Assembly: GCA_003242515.2 (NCBI GenBank) | Contig: QGUS02000002.1 | Coordinates: 5,491-69,490, forward strand | DNA: 64,000 nt | Reading direction: 5' to 3' | Origin: Actinomycetes bacterium | GTDB taxonomy: Bacteria > Actinomycetota > Acidimicrobiia > Spongiisociales > ZC4RG35 | Made by a program: the position numbers and the translations under genes | In this document: piece by piece, positions 47,772-55,609 of the stretch | How the letters are laid out: every line of letters begins with the position of its first letter | How positions within the stretch are numbered: position 1 is the stretch's first letter | The notes under the pieces: generated by a model | Seen by the model: the letters and a program-made list of their open reading frames with translations, nothing else | Told to the model about the DNA's origin: nothing | The model's database searches: none

Positions 47772-47972
47772 ATGGAAGACGCTTCCAAGCTCAAGTGGGA
47801 AGGTCGCTGGGATCAGGTCAAAGGCAAGGCCCGCGAGATGTGGGGCGAGCTGACCGATGACGACGTCGACGTCGCCGAGGGCAACGTCGAGCAGTTGATC
47901 GGGAAGATCAAGGAGCGCACCGGTGAGACCGCGGAGACGATCCGCGAGCGTCTCAGCAGGCTCTCCGACTGA
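47772..47972 (+). CDS. csbD: CsbD-family general stress protein
   Basis: KWEGRWDQVKGKAREMWGELTDDDVDVAEGNVEQLIGKIKERTG is the CsbD pattern. GAGGAG lies upstream of the ATG. Confidence 0.85.
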   Translation: MEDASKLKWEGRWDQVKGKAREMWGELTDDDVDVAEGNVEQLIGKIKERTGETAETIRERLSRLSD

Positions 47973-47993
47973 CACGGCTTCGAGCCCGAAAAA

Positions 47994-48027
47994 GAGAAGA
48001 GGAGCCCCGGGAGGGGCTCCTCTTCTC
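47994..48027. terminator. Bidirectional intrinsic terminator between convergent csbD and the RRM gene
   Basis: Perfect 15-bp stem GAGAAGAGGAGCCCC / GGGGCTCCTCTTCTC with loop GGGA. On the minus strand it is followed by TTTTTC. Confidence 0.7.
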
Positions 48028-48044
48028 GTTGGTCGAAGGTTGGA

Positions 48045-48311
48045 TCAGCGCGACTCGCGCTCCCGTGCCTTGTTGACGGTGAGCTTGCGCCCGCCTAGAT
48101 CGGCCCCGTCGAGGGCGTCGATGGCCCTCTGGGCCTCGCCTGCGTCGGGCATCTCCACGAAGCCGAAGCCACGGGATCGGCCGGTGTCCCGGTCGGAGAC
48201 GACCTGGGCCCGGGCGACGGTGCCGTAGCGACCGAAGGCCTCCTCGAGATCGCGGGAGGTGGTGCTGTACGCCAGATTCCCGACGTAGATGTTGGTGTTG
48301 GCCATTGCCAT
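48045..48311 (-). CDS. RRM-type (RNP-1/RNP-2) glycine-poor RNA-binding protein
   Basis: ATG at 48311 with AGGAAG upstream. RNP-2 NIYVGNL and RNP-1 RGFGFVEM. 88 aa. Confidence 0.85.
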   Translation of the reverse strand: MAMANTNIYVGNLAYSTTSRDLEEAFGRYGTVARAQVVSDRDTGRSRGFGFVEMPDAGEAQRAIDALDGADLGGRKLTVNKARERESR

Positions 48312-48465
48312 TTCACTTCCTGAAACCGTCACACTGACTACCACGCCCCGCCCGTCCGGCACCCTGGCTGGGTACGGGGCGGCAACATCCACCTGACGGT
48401 TTCGAGGGTGAAATGAGGCGCGACGCACGAGGCGTCCTCCGGTCAGTCTACGCCCGGGCCCCTCG

Positions 48466-49209
48466 CTATGGGCGGGTTCCCGTGAAAACCCTCGTCTCGT
48501 ACCCGATCCGGTGCGGCGCCCCGGACGCGGCCACCACCCCGGCGATCCCGTCGAGCACCCGCTCGCGGACCTCCGGGTCGAGGGCGATGTGGTCGCTGTA
48601 GGACGCGTACAGGGACCTCACCTGTGAAGGTGACAGCTCCGCGGTCCAGTCGAAGGTGGTGAGGCGCACGTCCGAGAACCCCCACCGCGCCAGGTCTTCC
48701 GTCCACGCCCGGGAGTCCCTCCTCCGGATCCGCTCGTCGTCGTCCTCGAGCAGATGCGGGGCATGCCGGCGGTACACCTCCGTGAAGGGCCCGTAGCGGT
48801 CGTACAGCACGTTCCAGATCAGCGCCACCACCCCGCCCGGACGCAGCCACTCCATGACCCGCCGGCCGGAGGTGTCGCGGTCGAGCCAGTGCCACACCTG
48901 GCCGCCGAACACGAGGTCGACGGGCCCATCCGGGCCCGGCCAGTCCTCGAGGGAATCGACCACGACCGTCACCCAGGTCAGACGCTTGGCCTCCAGGACC
49001 GCCGCCATGGCCGGATCGGGCTCGATGGCGGTGATCTCCAGACCCTCCCGGGCGAACGCCTCGGTGGTCTTCCCGGTCCCGGCGCCCACCTCGACCGCCC
49101 TGGACACCCCGGTCAGACCCAGGACGAAGTCAGCGGCCTCCACCGGATATCCCGGTCGCGAGGCCTCGTAGTCCTCAGCGGCGCTGCCGAAAGATGTCGC
49201 CCGGTTCAT
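48466..49209 (-). CDS. Class I SAM-dependent methyltransferase
   Basis: ATG at 49209 overlaps the mnmA stop (ATGA). Motif I VEVGAGTGKTT and post-I LEITAIEPD. The rest of the 561-aa track ORF is an over-extension. Confidence 0.75.
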   Translation of the reverse strand: MNRATSFGSAAEDYEASRPGYPVEAADFVLGLTGVSRAVEVGAGTGKTTEAFAREGLEITAIEPDPAMAAVLEAKRLTWVTVVVDSLEDWPGPDGPVDLVFGGQVWHWLDRDTSGRRVMEWLRPGGVVALIWNVLYDRYGPFTEVYRRHAPHLLEDDDERIRRRDSRAWTEDLARWGFSDVRLTTFDWTAELSPSQVRSLYASYSDHIALDPEVRERVLDGIAGVVAASGAPHRIGYETRVFTGTRP

Positions 49210-50252
49210 CTCTCCGTCGCGACGATGATGCCACCACCCAGCACGCGGTCGCCGTCGTAGAAGGCGACCGTCTGGCCGGGGGCGATCCCCTCCTGCGGCT
49301 CCTCGAAGACGACCGTGTCGCCGGCGAGCACCGCCGGCACCGGCTCGCCGTGCGCCCGGTACTGGACGGTCACCCCGCCCGAGACGGGCTCGTGGGTGAA
49401 GGTGACGTCCCGGAGCCGCACCGACCCGACCCGCAGGTGCCGGCGCGGCCCGATCACGACGGTGGCCGTGTGCGGCTGGATGTCCACCACGTAGCGGGGC
49501 TCCCCGAGCGCGACGCCGAGCCCGCGGCGCTGACCGATGGTGAACCCGGCGATCCCGTCGTGCTCGCCGACCACCCCGCCGTCGACGTCGACGATCGGGC
49601 CGGGGACGAAGGCCTCCGGAGCGGTCTTCCTGAGGAACCCCCGGTAGTCGCCCTGGCCGACGAAGCAGATGTCCATCGATTCCGGCTTGTCGGCGGTCCT
49701 GAGCCCCAGGTCGGCGGCGATCCGCCGGACGTCTGCCTTGGTCATCTCCCCCACCGGGAACCGGGTCACCGCCAGCTCGGACTGGGTGAGCATGGAGAGG
49801 ACGTACGACTGGTCCTTGGCGCGGTCGGCTCCCCGCCGCAGCTCCCACACCCCGTCCGACTCCACCGCGCGCGCGTGGTGGCCGGTCACCAGGAGGTCGC
49901 AGTCGAACTCGTCGAGACGCCGGAGGAGCCGGTCGAACTTCACGGTCCGGTTGCACTCGATGCAGGGGTTGGGCGTGCGGCCGGAGGCGTAGTCGGAGAC
50001 GAACCGGTCGACGACGCCGTCCCGGAACTCGTCGGTGTAGTCGAGCACGTAGTACGGGATGCCGAGGGTGGCCGCCACCCGCCGGGCGTCCTCGGAGTCG
50101 GCGAGGGTGCAGCAGCCGGCGGTCGGCATCTCGCCGTCCGGCCCCGACCACAGCTTCAGGGTGACGCCGATCACCTCGTGGCCGGCCCGGGTCATCAGGG
50201 CGGCCGCCACCGACGAGTCGACGCCGCCCGACATGGAGGCGAGCACCCTCAT
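49206..50252 (-). CDS. mnmA: tRNA 2-thiouridine(34) synthase
   Basis: PP-loop SGGVDSSVAA, NPCIECN and CFV motifs. ATGA overlap with the upstream cysteine desulfurase gene. Confidence 0.9.
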   Translation of the reverse strand: MRVLASMSGGVDSSVAAALMTRAGHEVIGVTLKLWSGPDGEMPTAGCCTLADSEDARRVAATLGIPYYVLDYTDEFRDGVVDRFVSDYASGRTPNPCIECNRTVKFDRLLRRLDEFDCDLLVTGHHARAVESDGVWELRRGADRAKDQSYVLSMLTQSELAVTRFPVGEMTKADVRRIAADLGLRTADKPESMDICFVGQGDYRGFLRKTAPEAFVPGPIVDVDGGVVGEHDGIAGFTIGQRRGLGVALGEPRYVVDIQPHTATVVIGPRRHLRVGSVRLRDVTFTHEPVSGGVTVQYRAHGEPVPAVLAGDTVVFEEPQEGIAPGQTVAFYDGDRVLGGGIIVATER

Positions 50253-51433
50253 CGCAGGGCCTCCACGGCCTCGACGAGGAGGGCGGCGGCCTCCCTCGCC
50301 TCGTCCTGGGTGGTGGTCCAGCCGAAGCTGAAGCGGACCGACTCCCGCACCTGCTCCCTGGTCAGCCCCATGGCGGTCAGCACGTGCGACACGCTCGGGG
50401 CGCCGGACTGGCAGGCGGCGCCGGCCGATGCGGCCACCCCCGCCTGGTCGAGGCGGATGAGGAGCGACTCGTTGCGCACGCCCGGGATGCGGAGGTTGGA
50501 GTGCTGGGGGCTGCGCGGAGCGCCGGCGCCGTTGACCACGGCGTCCGGGACCCGGTCGCAGACCAGCTTCTCGAAGTCGTCACGGATGCCGCCCACGACC
50601 GCGACGAAGCGGGAGTGGTCGTCGGCGGCGATATCGAAGGCCGCGGCGAAGCCCACGGCCAGGGCCACGGGCGTGGTGCCGGACCTCCGGCCGGCCTCCT
50701 GCCCGCCGCCGTGGATCACGGGCTCGAGACGCACCCCGCCGCGGACGACGAGGACGCCGGAGCCCTTGGGCCCGCCGAACTTGTGCGCCGAGAGCGAGGC
50801 GAGGTGGACGTGCTCGGTCACCACCGGGTCACCCGGGTGGGCCTGGACGGCGTCGGTGTGGAACAAGACCCACGGCCGCTCCTCCGCGACCCGCCGGGCC
50901 AGGCCGGCCACGTCCTGGACGACGCCGGTCTCGTTGTTCACCGCCATCACCGAGACGAGGCCGGTCCCGGTGTCGATGGCGTCGATGAGCTCGTCCGGGT
51001 CGACCAGCCCGTCGGGCCCGACGCCCACCCGGCGCACGGGGAGGCCCAGGCGCTCGAGGAAGGCGACGCTCTCCAGCACCGCCTCGTGCTCGGTGGCGAC
51101 GGTGACTACGCCGCGCCGGTCCCCGGCCAGGGCCACGCCCTTGACGGCCAGGTTGTCGCACTCCGTGCCGCCCGAGGTGAACACCACCTCCGACGGCCGG
51201 ACCCCGAGCCTGGCGGCTACCCGCTCCCGCGCCTCCTCCAGCGCGTCCTTGGCGCGCCGGGACACACCGTGGATCCCGGAGGGGTTGCCGAAGCGATCCG
51301 AGGCGAACGGCTCCATGGCCTCCGCGACGCCGGGGCGCATCGGGGTGGTGGCGGCGTGGTCGAGGTAGATCAAGTCACCACCAATTGTGTCAGGAAGCCG
51401 CGGCTGTACCCTGCCGGCGGTGGCCCGCCTCAC
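50249..51433 (-). CDS. iscS: Cysteine desulfurase (IscS/NifS class V aminotransferase)
   Basis: YLDHAATTP, FTSGGTE.DN, SAHKFGGPKGSG (PLP lysine), SAGAACQSG (active Cys). The true start may be TTG 51373, which would avoid overlap with the divergent gene. Confidence 0.85.
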   Translation of the reverse strand: MRRATAGRVQPRLPDTIGGDLIYLDHAATTPMRPGVAEAMEPFASDRFGNPSGIHGVSRRAKDALEEARERVAARLGVRPSEVVFTSGGTECDNLAVKGVALAGDRRGVVTVATEHEAVLESVAFLERLGLPVRRVGVGPDGLVDPDELIDAIDTGTGLVSVMAVNNETGVVQDVAGLARRVAEERPWVLFHTDAVQAHPGDPVVTEHVHLASLSAHKFGGPKGSGVLVVRGGVRLEPVIHGGGQEAGRRSGTTPVALAVGFAAAFDIAADDHSRFVAVVGGIRDDFEKLVCDRVPDAVVNGAGAPRSPQHSNLRIPGVRNESLLIRLDQAGVAASAGAACQSGAPSVSHVLTAMGLTREQVRESVRFSFGWTTTQDEAREAAALLVEAVEALR

Positions 51434-51851
51434 CGTCTCCCGTCATCTCGACCATCTCGCCGCGGCCGTCTGGGACCGTCTCGCCGACCTGGAGGGCCAC
51501 GCCGGGTGGATGAGCGACGCGGAGCGCATCACCTTCACCAGCGATACCCGCCGCGGGGCCGGCGCCTCGATGATCGTGCGTACCCGGGTCGGGCCGTTCC
51601 GGACCGACGACGTGTTGGAGGTCACCGACTGGGACGAGGGGCGGTCCATCACCGTCCGCCACGGCGGCACGGTCACGGGCATCGGCGTCCTCCGCGTCGA
51701 CCCCGAGGGCACCGGCAGCCGCGTCACCTGGACCGAGGAACTGCGGTTCCCCTGGTGGCTGGGCGGGCCCGTGACCGCTTGGCTGGCCGCGCCGGTGCTG
51801 CGCCGCGTTTGGCTGCGCAACCTGGAGAACCTGGCACGGTCGATGGGCTGA
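51387..51851 (+). CDS. SRPBCC-family (START/polyketide-cyclase-like) protein
   Basis: About 145 aa with W...D.E....WM...E pattern (WDRLADLEGHAGWMSDAE). The start is ATG 51387 or GTG 51420. Confidence 0.6.
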   Translation: MSGSRGCTLPAVARLTVSRHLDHLAAAVWDRLADLEGHAGWMSDAERITFTSDTRRGAGASMIVRTRVGPFRTDDVLEVTDWDEGRSITVRHGGTVTGIGVLRVDPEGTGSRVTWTEELRFPWWLGGPVTAWLAAPVLRRVWLRNLENLARSMG

Positions 51852-51854
51852 GGC

Positions 51855-52622
51855 TCAGACGCCCCTGAAGTTCGCCTCGCGCTTGCCGACGAACGCGTCG
51901 ACGCCCTCCCGGGCGTCCTCGCTGGCGAAGGACTTCTGGAACTCCTCGGCCTCCACCGCCATGCCCTGGTCGAAAGGCAGGCGGCCGGCGTTGAGCGCCC
52001 GCTTGGCGGCGCCGATGGCGTAGGTGGCCTTCTGCGCCCACTCGGCCGCGTCGGCCAGGGCCAGGTCGAGGAGCTCGTCCACCGGAGCCACCTTGTCGGC
52101 GTACCCGATGGCGAGGGCCTCCCGGGCGTCGATGTGACGGCCGGTCAGGACCAGCTCCTTGGCCTTCTGGTAGCCGACGAGCCGCTGCAGCCGCTGCGTG
52201 CCGCCGGCGCCCGGGATGATGCCGAGCAGGATCTCCGGCTGGCCGATGCGGGCGTCCTCGGAGACGTACCGGAAGTCGGCGCCCATGGACAGCTCGCACC
52301 CTCCGCCCAGGGCGAAGCCGTGGACCGCGGCGATGGTGGGCTTGTCGAGGTTCTCCAGGGCGGCGACCGCCTCCGTGAGCTTGTTGGCGCTGGGGACCCG
52401 GCCCTCGCCGGAGTCCATGAGCTCCTTGAACTCCTTGATGTCGGCGCCGGCCGCGAAGTGGGGCTTGCCGGTGACGACCACGGCCCGGATCGCCGGGTCC
52501 TGGCAGGCGGTGAAGGCCTCGAGCAGCTCGGTGGCGAGCTGGGCGTTCAGTGCGTTGACGGGCGGGCGGTCGAGCCGGACGAGAGCGACCGCGTCGTGGA
52601 TCTCGACGGTGACGAACTCCAT
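51855..52622 (-). CDS. Enoyl-CoA hydratase/isomerase (crotonase) family
   Basis: LDRPPVNAL, VVTGKPHFAAGADIKEF, IAAVHGFALGGGCEL. Confidence 0.85.
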   Translation of the reverse strand: MEFVTVEIHDAVALVRLDRPPVNALNAQLATELLEAFTACQDPAIRAVVVTGKPHFAAGADIKEFKELMDSGEGRVPSANKLTEAVAALENLDKPTIAAVHGFALGGGCELSMGADFRYVSEDARIGQPEILLGIIPGAGGTQRLQRLVGYQKAKELVLTGRHIDAREALAIGYADKVAPVDELLDLALADAAEWAQKATYAIGAAKRALNAGRLPFDQGMAVEAEEFQKSFASEDAREGVDAFVGKREANFRGV

Positions 52623-52631
52623 GGCGAGACC

Positions 52632-55364
52632 TTACGCGGTGCGCACCCGGGAGGCCACCGCAGGCAGGTCCCTCGGCCCCGTGCCGGCGACCGGCTCGAC
52701 CCGCATGCGGGCGTCGACCACCACGACCCCCTTGCCGGGCTCCAGCACCTTGACCGGGTTGAGGTCCATCTCCTGCAGCTCGGGCATCGCCGAGATGATC
52801 CCCGACACCCTCACCAGGGCCTGCTCCAGGGCGGCCATGTCACCGAGCGGCTGGTTGCGGTACCCCTGCAGCATCTTGTGGCCCTTGATCTCCCGGACCA
52901 TCTCCCGGGCGTCCACGTCGGTGATCGGGTGGATGCGGAAGGCCACGTCCTTGAGCAGCTCCACGTAGATGCCGCCGAGGCCATAGGCCACCAGGGGCCC
53001 GAAGTTCGGGTCCTGGGTCATGCCGATCAGCACCTCGTGGCCCCCGCGGATGAACTCCTGGATGAGGGCGCCCTGCGGGTCGGGAACCACGGAGGTCACC
53101 TTCCGGTAGGCCTCGGCCACGGCATCCGGCCCTTCCACGCCGAGGACCACGCCGCCGACGTCGGACTTGTGTACCGCCGACGGCGAGATCACCTTCACCG
53201 CGACGGGCCCGCCCATCTCCCCGGCGGCCTTGCGGGCGTCCTCCTCGGAGGCGACGACCCGGCTCTTCGGGAACCGCAGGCCCGCGGCGCCGAGGATGGC
53301 CTCGATCTCGTAGGACTCGAGCCAGCCGCCCTTCTCGCCCAGGCGCTTCAGGGCGACGTCGACGCCCTTGCGGATCTCCTCCTCGGCTTCGTCGTCGAGA
53401 CGGTGCTCCGAGCCGGCCTCACGCTCCCGCCACTCCCCGTAGGCGACGGCCCGGGTGAGGGCGAGCGCCGCCGTCTCGGGGAAGGTGTAGCTGGGGATCG
53501 TCCGCTGGCCCTCGCCACCGACGAGCATCTCCTCGGTGCGGGCGTAGTGCATGAACACCGAGAGCAGGGTCACGTCGCCGTCGTAGCGGTCCTGGCAGCG
53601 GCGCAGGGCGGCGGCGATCTGCTCGGCGCCCTCCGGGGTGGTGGGCACGTAGATCACGATCACGGCGTCCACCTCGCCCGACTCCAGCATCAGCGAGATG
53701 ACGTGCTCGTAGTGGTCGGGGCCGCTGGAGGCGATCATGTCGACCGGGTTGGCGATGGCAGCCTCGGCCGGCAGCGCCTCGCCGATCTTCGCCTGCAGCT
53801 CCCGGGAGAGCGTCACGACCTCCAGGCCGTTGGACTCCAGGGCGTCCACGGCGAGGATTCCGGGCCCGCCGGCGTTGGTGACGATGCCGACCCGCCGGCC
53901 CTTGGGCACCGGCTGGTTGGCGAGGAGGCTCGCCGCGGCGAACATCTCCTCCAGGGTGTCCACCCTGATGACGCCGGTCTGCCGGAAGAGGGTGTTGACC
54001 GCCACGTCGGAGGACGCCAGGGCGCCGGTGTGCGACGACGCCGCCCGGCTGCCGGCCTGGGTGCGACCCGACTTCACGGCGATGATCGGCTTCTTCCGCG
54101 AGACCCTGCGGGCGATGCGGGAGAACTTCTTCGGGTTGCCGAACGACTCCAGGTAGAGGGTGATGACGTCGGTCTGGGGGTCGTCCTCCCAGGCGAGGAG
54201 CAGGTCGTTGCCGGAGACGTCGGCCTTGTTGCCCACCGAGACGAACTGGCTGATGCCGATGGAGTGCTGGGTGGCGTAGTCGAGGATGGCAATCCCGAGG
54301 GCGCCCGACTGGCTGAGCATCGCCACGTTCCCCGCCGGCGGGTAGATGGGGGCGAAGGTGCCGTTGAGACGGGCCGACTCGGCGGTGTTGAGCAGGCCCA
54401 TGCAGTTGGGGCCGATCATCCGCATGCCCTTGTCACGGACGATCTTCAGCAGCTCCGCCTCGCGCTCCGCACCCTCCGGGCCGGTCTCGGCGAAGCCGGC
54501 GGAGATGACCACGATGCCGCGCACGCCCTTCTCGCCGCACTCGCGGGCGACGTTGAGGACGAACTTCTGGGGGACGACGATGAACGCGAGGTCCACCTCG
54601 TCGGGGATGTCGAGCACCGACGAGTAGGCACGGACCGACCGCACCACCTTCGCCTTGGGGTTCACCGGGTAGACCGGGCCGGTGAAGCCGGTGTTGAGGA
54701 TGTTGGCGAACAGACGGCCGCCGATCGAGGTCGGGTCGGTGGACGCGCCGATCACGGCGACGGACCGCGGGAAGAACATGGGGAGCAGGGAGGCGGCGAC
54801 GGCGCGGCGCTCGTGCTCGGCGGCCGCCTCCAGCGAGCCGGGAGTGACCTCGACGGGAAAGTCGACGGTGTAGACGCCCCGGTCGATGGTGCGGGTCAGC
54901 TCGTAGCCGGAGTTGCGGAACACCCGCATCATCTGGCGGTTCTCGCCGAGGACGTAGGCCCGGAACTGCTTGATGCCGTTGGACCGGGCGTGGTCGGTCA
55001 GCAGCTCGAGGAGGCGGGTGCCGATGCCGCGGCCCTGGTGCTCGTCGACGACGGCGAACGCCACCTCGGCGACGTCGCCACCGGGCATCTCCCGGTCGTA
55101 CCGGCCGACGCCGATGATCTGGCCGTCGGAGACCGCGACCAGCGCCATCCGGTCGTGGTAGTCCACGTCGGCGAAGTCGCGGACCTCCTCGTCGGTGAGG
55201 TCGACCTTGACGGAGAAGAACCTGAAGTAGCGGGACTCGGGGCCGAGGCGCTGGAAGAAGGTCTTGGCCTCGGCCGCGTCCTCGGGGCGCATCGGCCGCA
55301 CGTGGACGACGCCCCCGTCACGAAGGACCACGTCCAGCTCGTAATCGGAGGGGTATGGAGCCAT
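52632..55364 (-). CDS. pat: Protein acetyltransferase, GNAT domain N-terminal to an NDP-forming acyl-CoA synthetase-like region (actinobacterial Pat type)
   Basis: ATG at 55364 (MAPYPSDYELDV). GNAT block VVDEHQGRGIGTRLLE. CoA-binding block SVAVIGAS...VYPVNP. Also succinyl-CoA-ligase-like and ATP-grasp regions. 910 aa. In-frame codons upstream of 55364 have low GC3. Confidence 0.8.
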   Translation of the reverse strand: MAPYPSDYELDVVLRDGGVVHVRPMRPEDAAEAKTFFQRLGPESRYFRFFSVKVDLTDEEVRDFADVDYHDRMALVAVSDGQIIGVGRYDREMPGGDVAEVAFAVVDEHQGRGIGTRLLELLTDHARSNGIKQFRAYVLGENRQMMRVFRNSGYELTRTIDRGVYTVDFPVEVTPGSLEAAAEHERRAVAASLLPMFFPRSVAVIGASTDPTSIGGRLFANILNTGFTGPVYPVNPKAKVVRSVRAYSSVLDIPDEVDLAFIVVPQKFVLNVARECGEKGVRGIVVISAGFAETGPEGAEREAELLKIVRDKGMRMIGPNCMGLLNTAESARLNGTFAPIYPPAGNVAMLSQSGALGIAILDYATQHSIGISQFVSVGNKADVSGNDLLLAWEDDPQTDVITLYLESFGNPKKFSRIARRVSRKKPIIAVKSGRTQAGSRAASSHTGALASSDVAVNTLFRQTGVIRVDTLEEMFAAASLLANQPVPKGRRVGIVTNAGGPGILAVDALESNGLEVVTLSRELQAKIGEALPAEAAIANPVDMIASSGPDHYEHVISLMLESGEVDAVIVIYVPTTPEGAEQIAAALRRCQDRYDGDVTLLSVFMHYARTEEMLVGGEGQRTIPSYTFPETAALALTRAVAYGEWREREAGSEHRLDDEAEEEIRKGVDVALKRLGEKGGWLESYEIEAILGAAGLRFPKSRVVASEEDARKAAGEMGGPVAVKVISPSAVHKSDVGGVVLGVEGPDAVAEAYRKVTSVVPDPQGALIQEFIRGGHEVLIGMTQDPNFGPLVAYGLGGIYVELLKDVAFRIHPITDVDAREMVREIKGHKMLQGYRNQPLGDMAALEQALVRVSGIISAMPELQEMDLNPVKVLEPGKGVVVVDARMRVEPVAGTGPRDLPAVASRVRTA

Positions 55365-55542
55365 GGCCGCAACCTTATTGGCCTGCGGACGCTCCGGCCC
55401 AGCGGCCGGCGTTCCCCACCGTTCGGGAACGATGCCCGCCGCTACACTCCCGCCACGGGGTGGTGCCGGCCGCATCGGGCGCGAGTGGAGGGGTTCCGGA
55501 GCCACACCCGACGACATCGTGGGGCCCGGGTCAGGTTCCTCT

Positions 55543-55560
55543 CCCCTCCCCCACCCACCC
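55543..55560 (-). other. Canonical G-quadruplex motif GGGTGGGTGGGGGAGGGG on the pat coding strand
   Basis: The plus strand reads ccccTcccccAcccAccc at 55543-55560. There are four G-tracts of at least 3 with 1-nt loops. It lies 179-196 nt upstream of the pat ATG. Confidence 0.5.
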
Positions 55561-55609
55561 GGCCCGGGCCCCACGGCCAAACGCCGCCGGGCCATGTCGC
55601 CTGCCGGGC

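Noticed and set aside
55365-55609. Possible N-terminal extension of Pat from in-frame ATGs (MARRRLAVG..., MSSGVAPEP..., MRPAPP...)
   Set aside because: Third-position G/C falls markedly in this stretch (many ggt, gct, gaa, gca, cgt, agt, gta, gtt, aat codons) compared with the gene proper. The peptide is low-complexity. Homology to GNAT starts right after ATG 55364. I treat it as a leader (see finding), but proteomics could overturn this.
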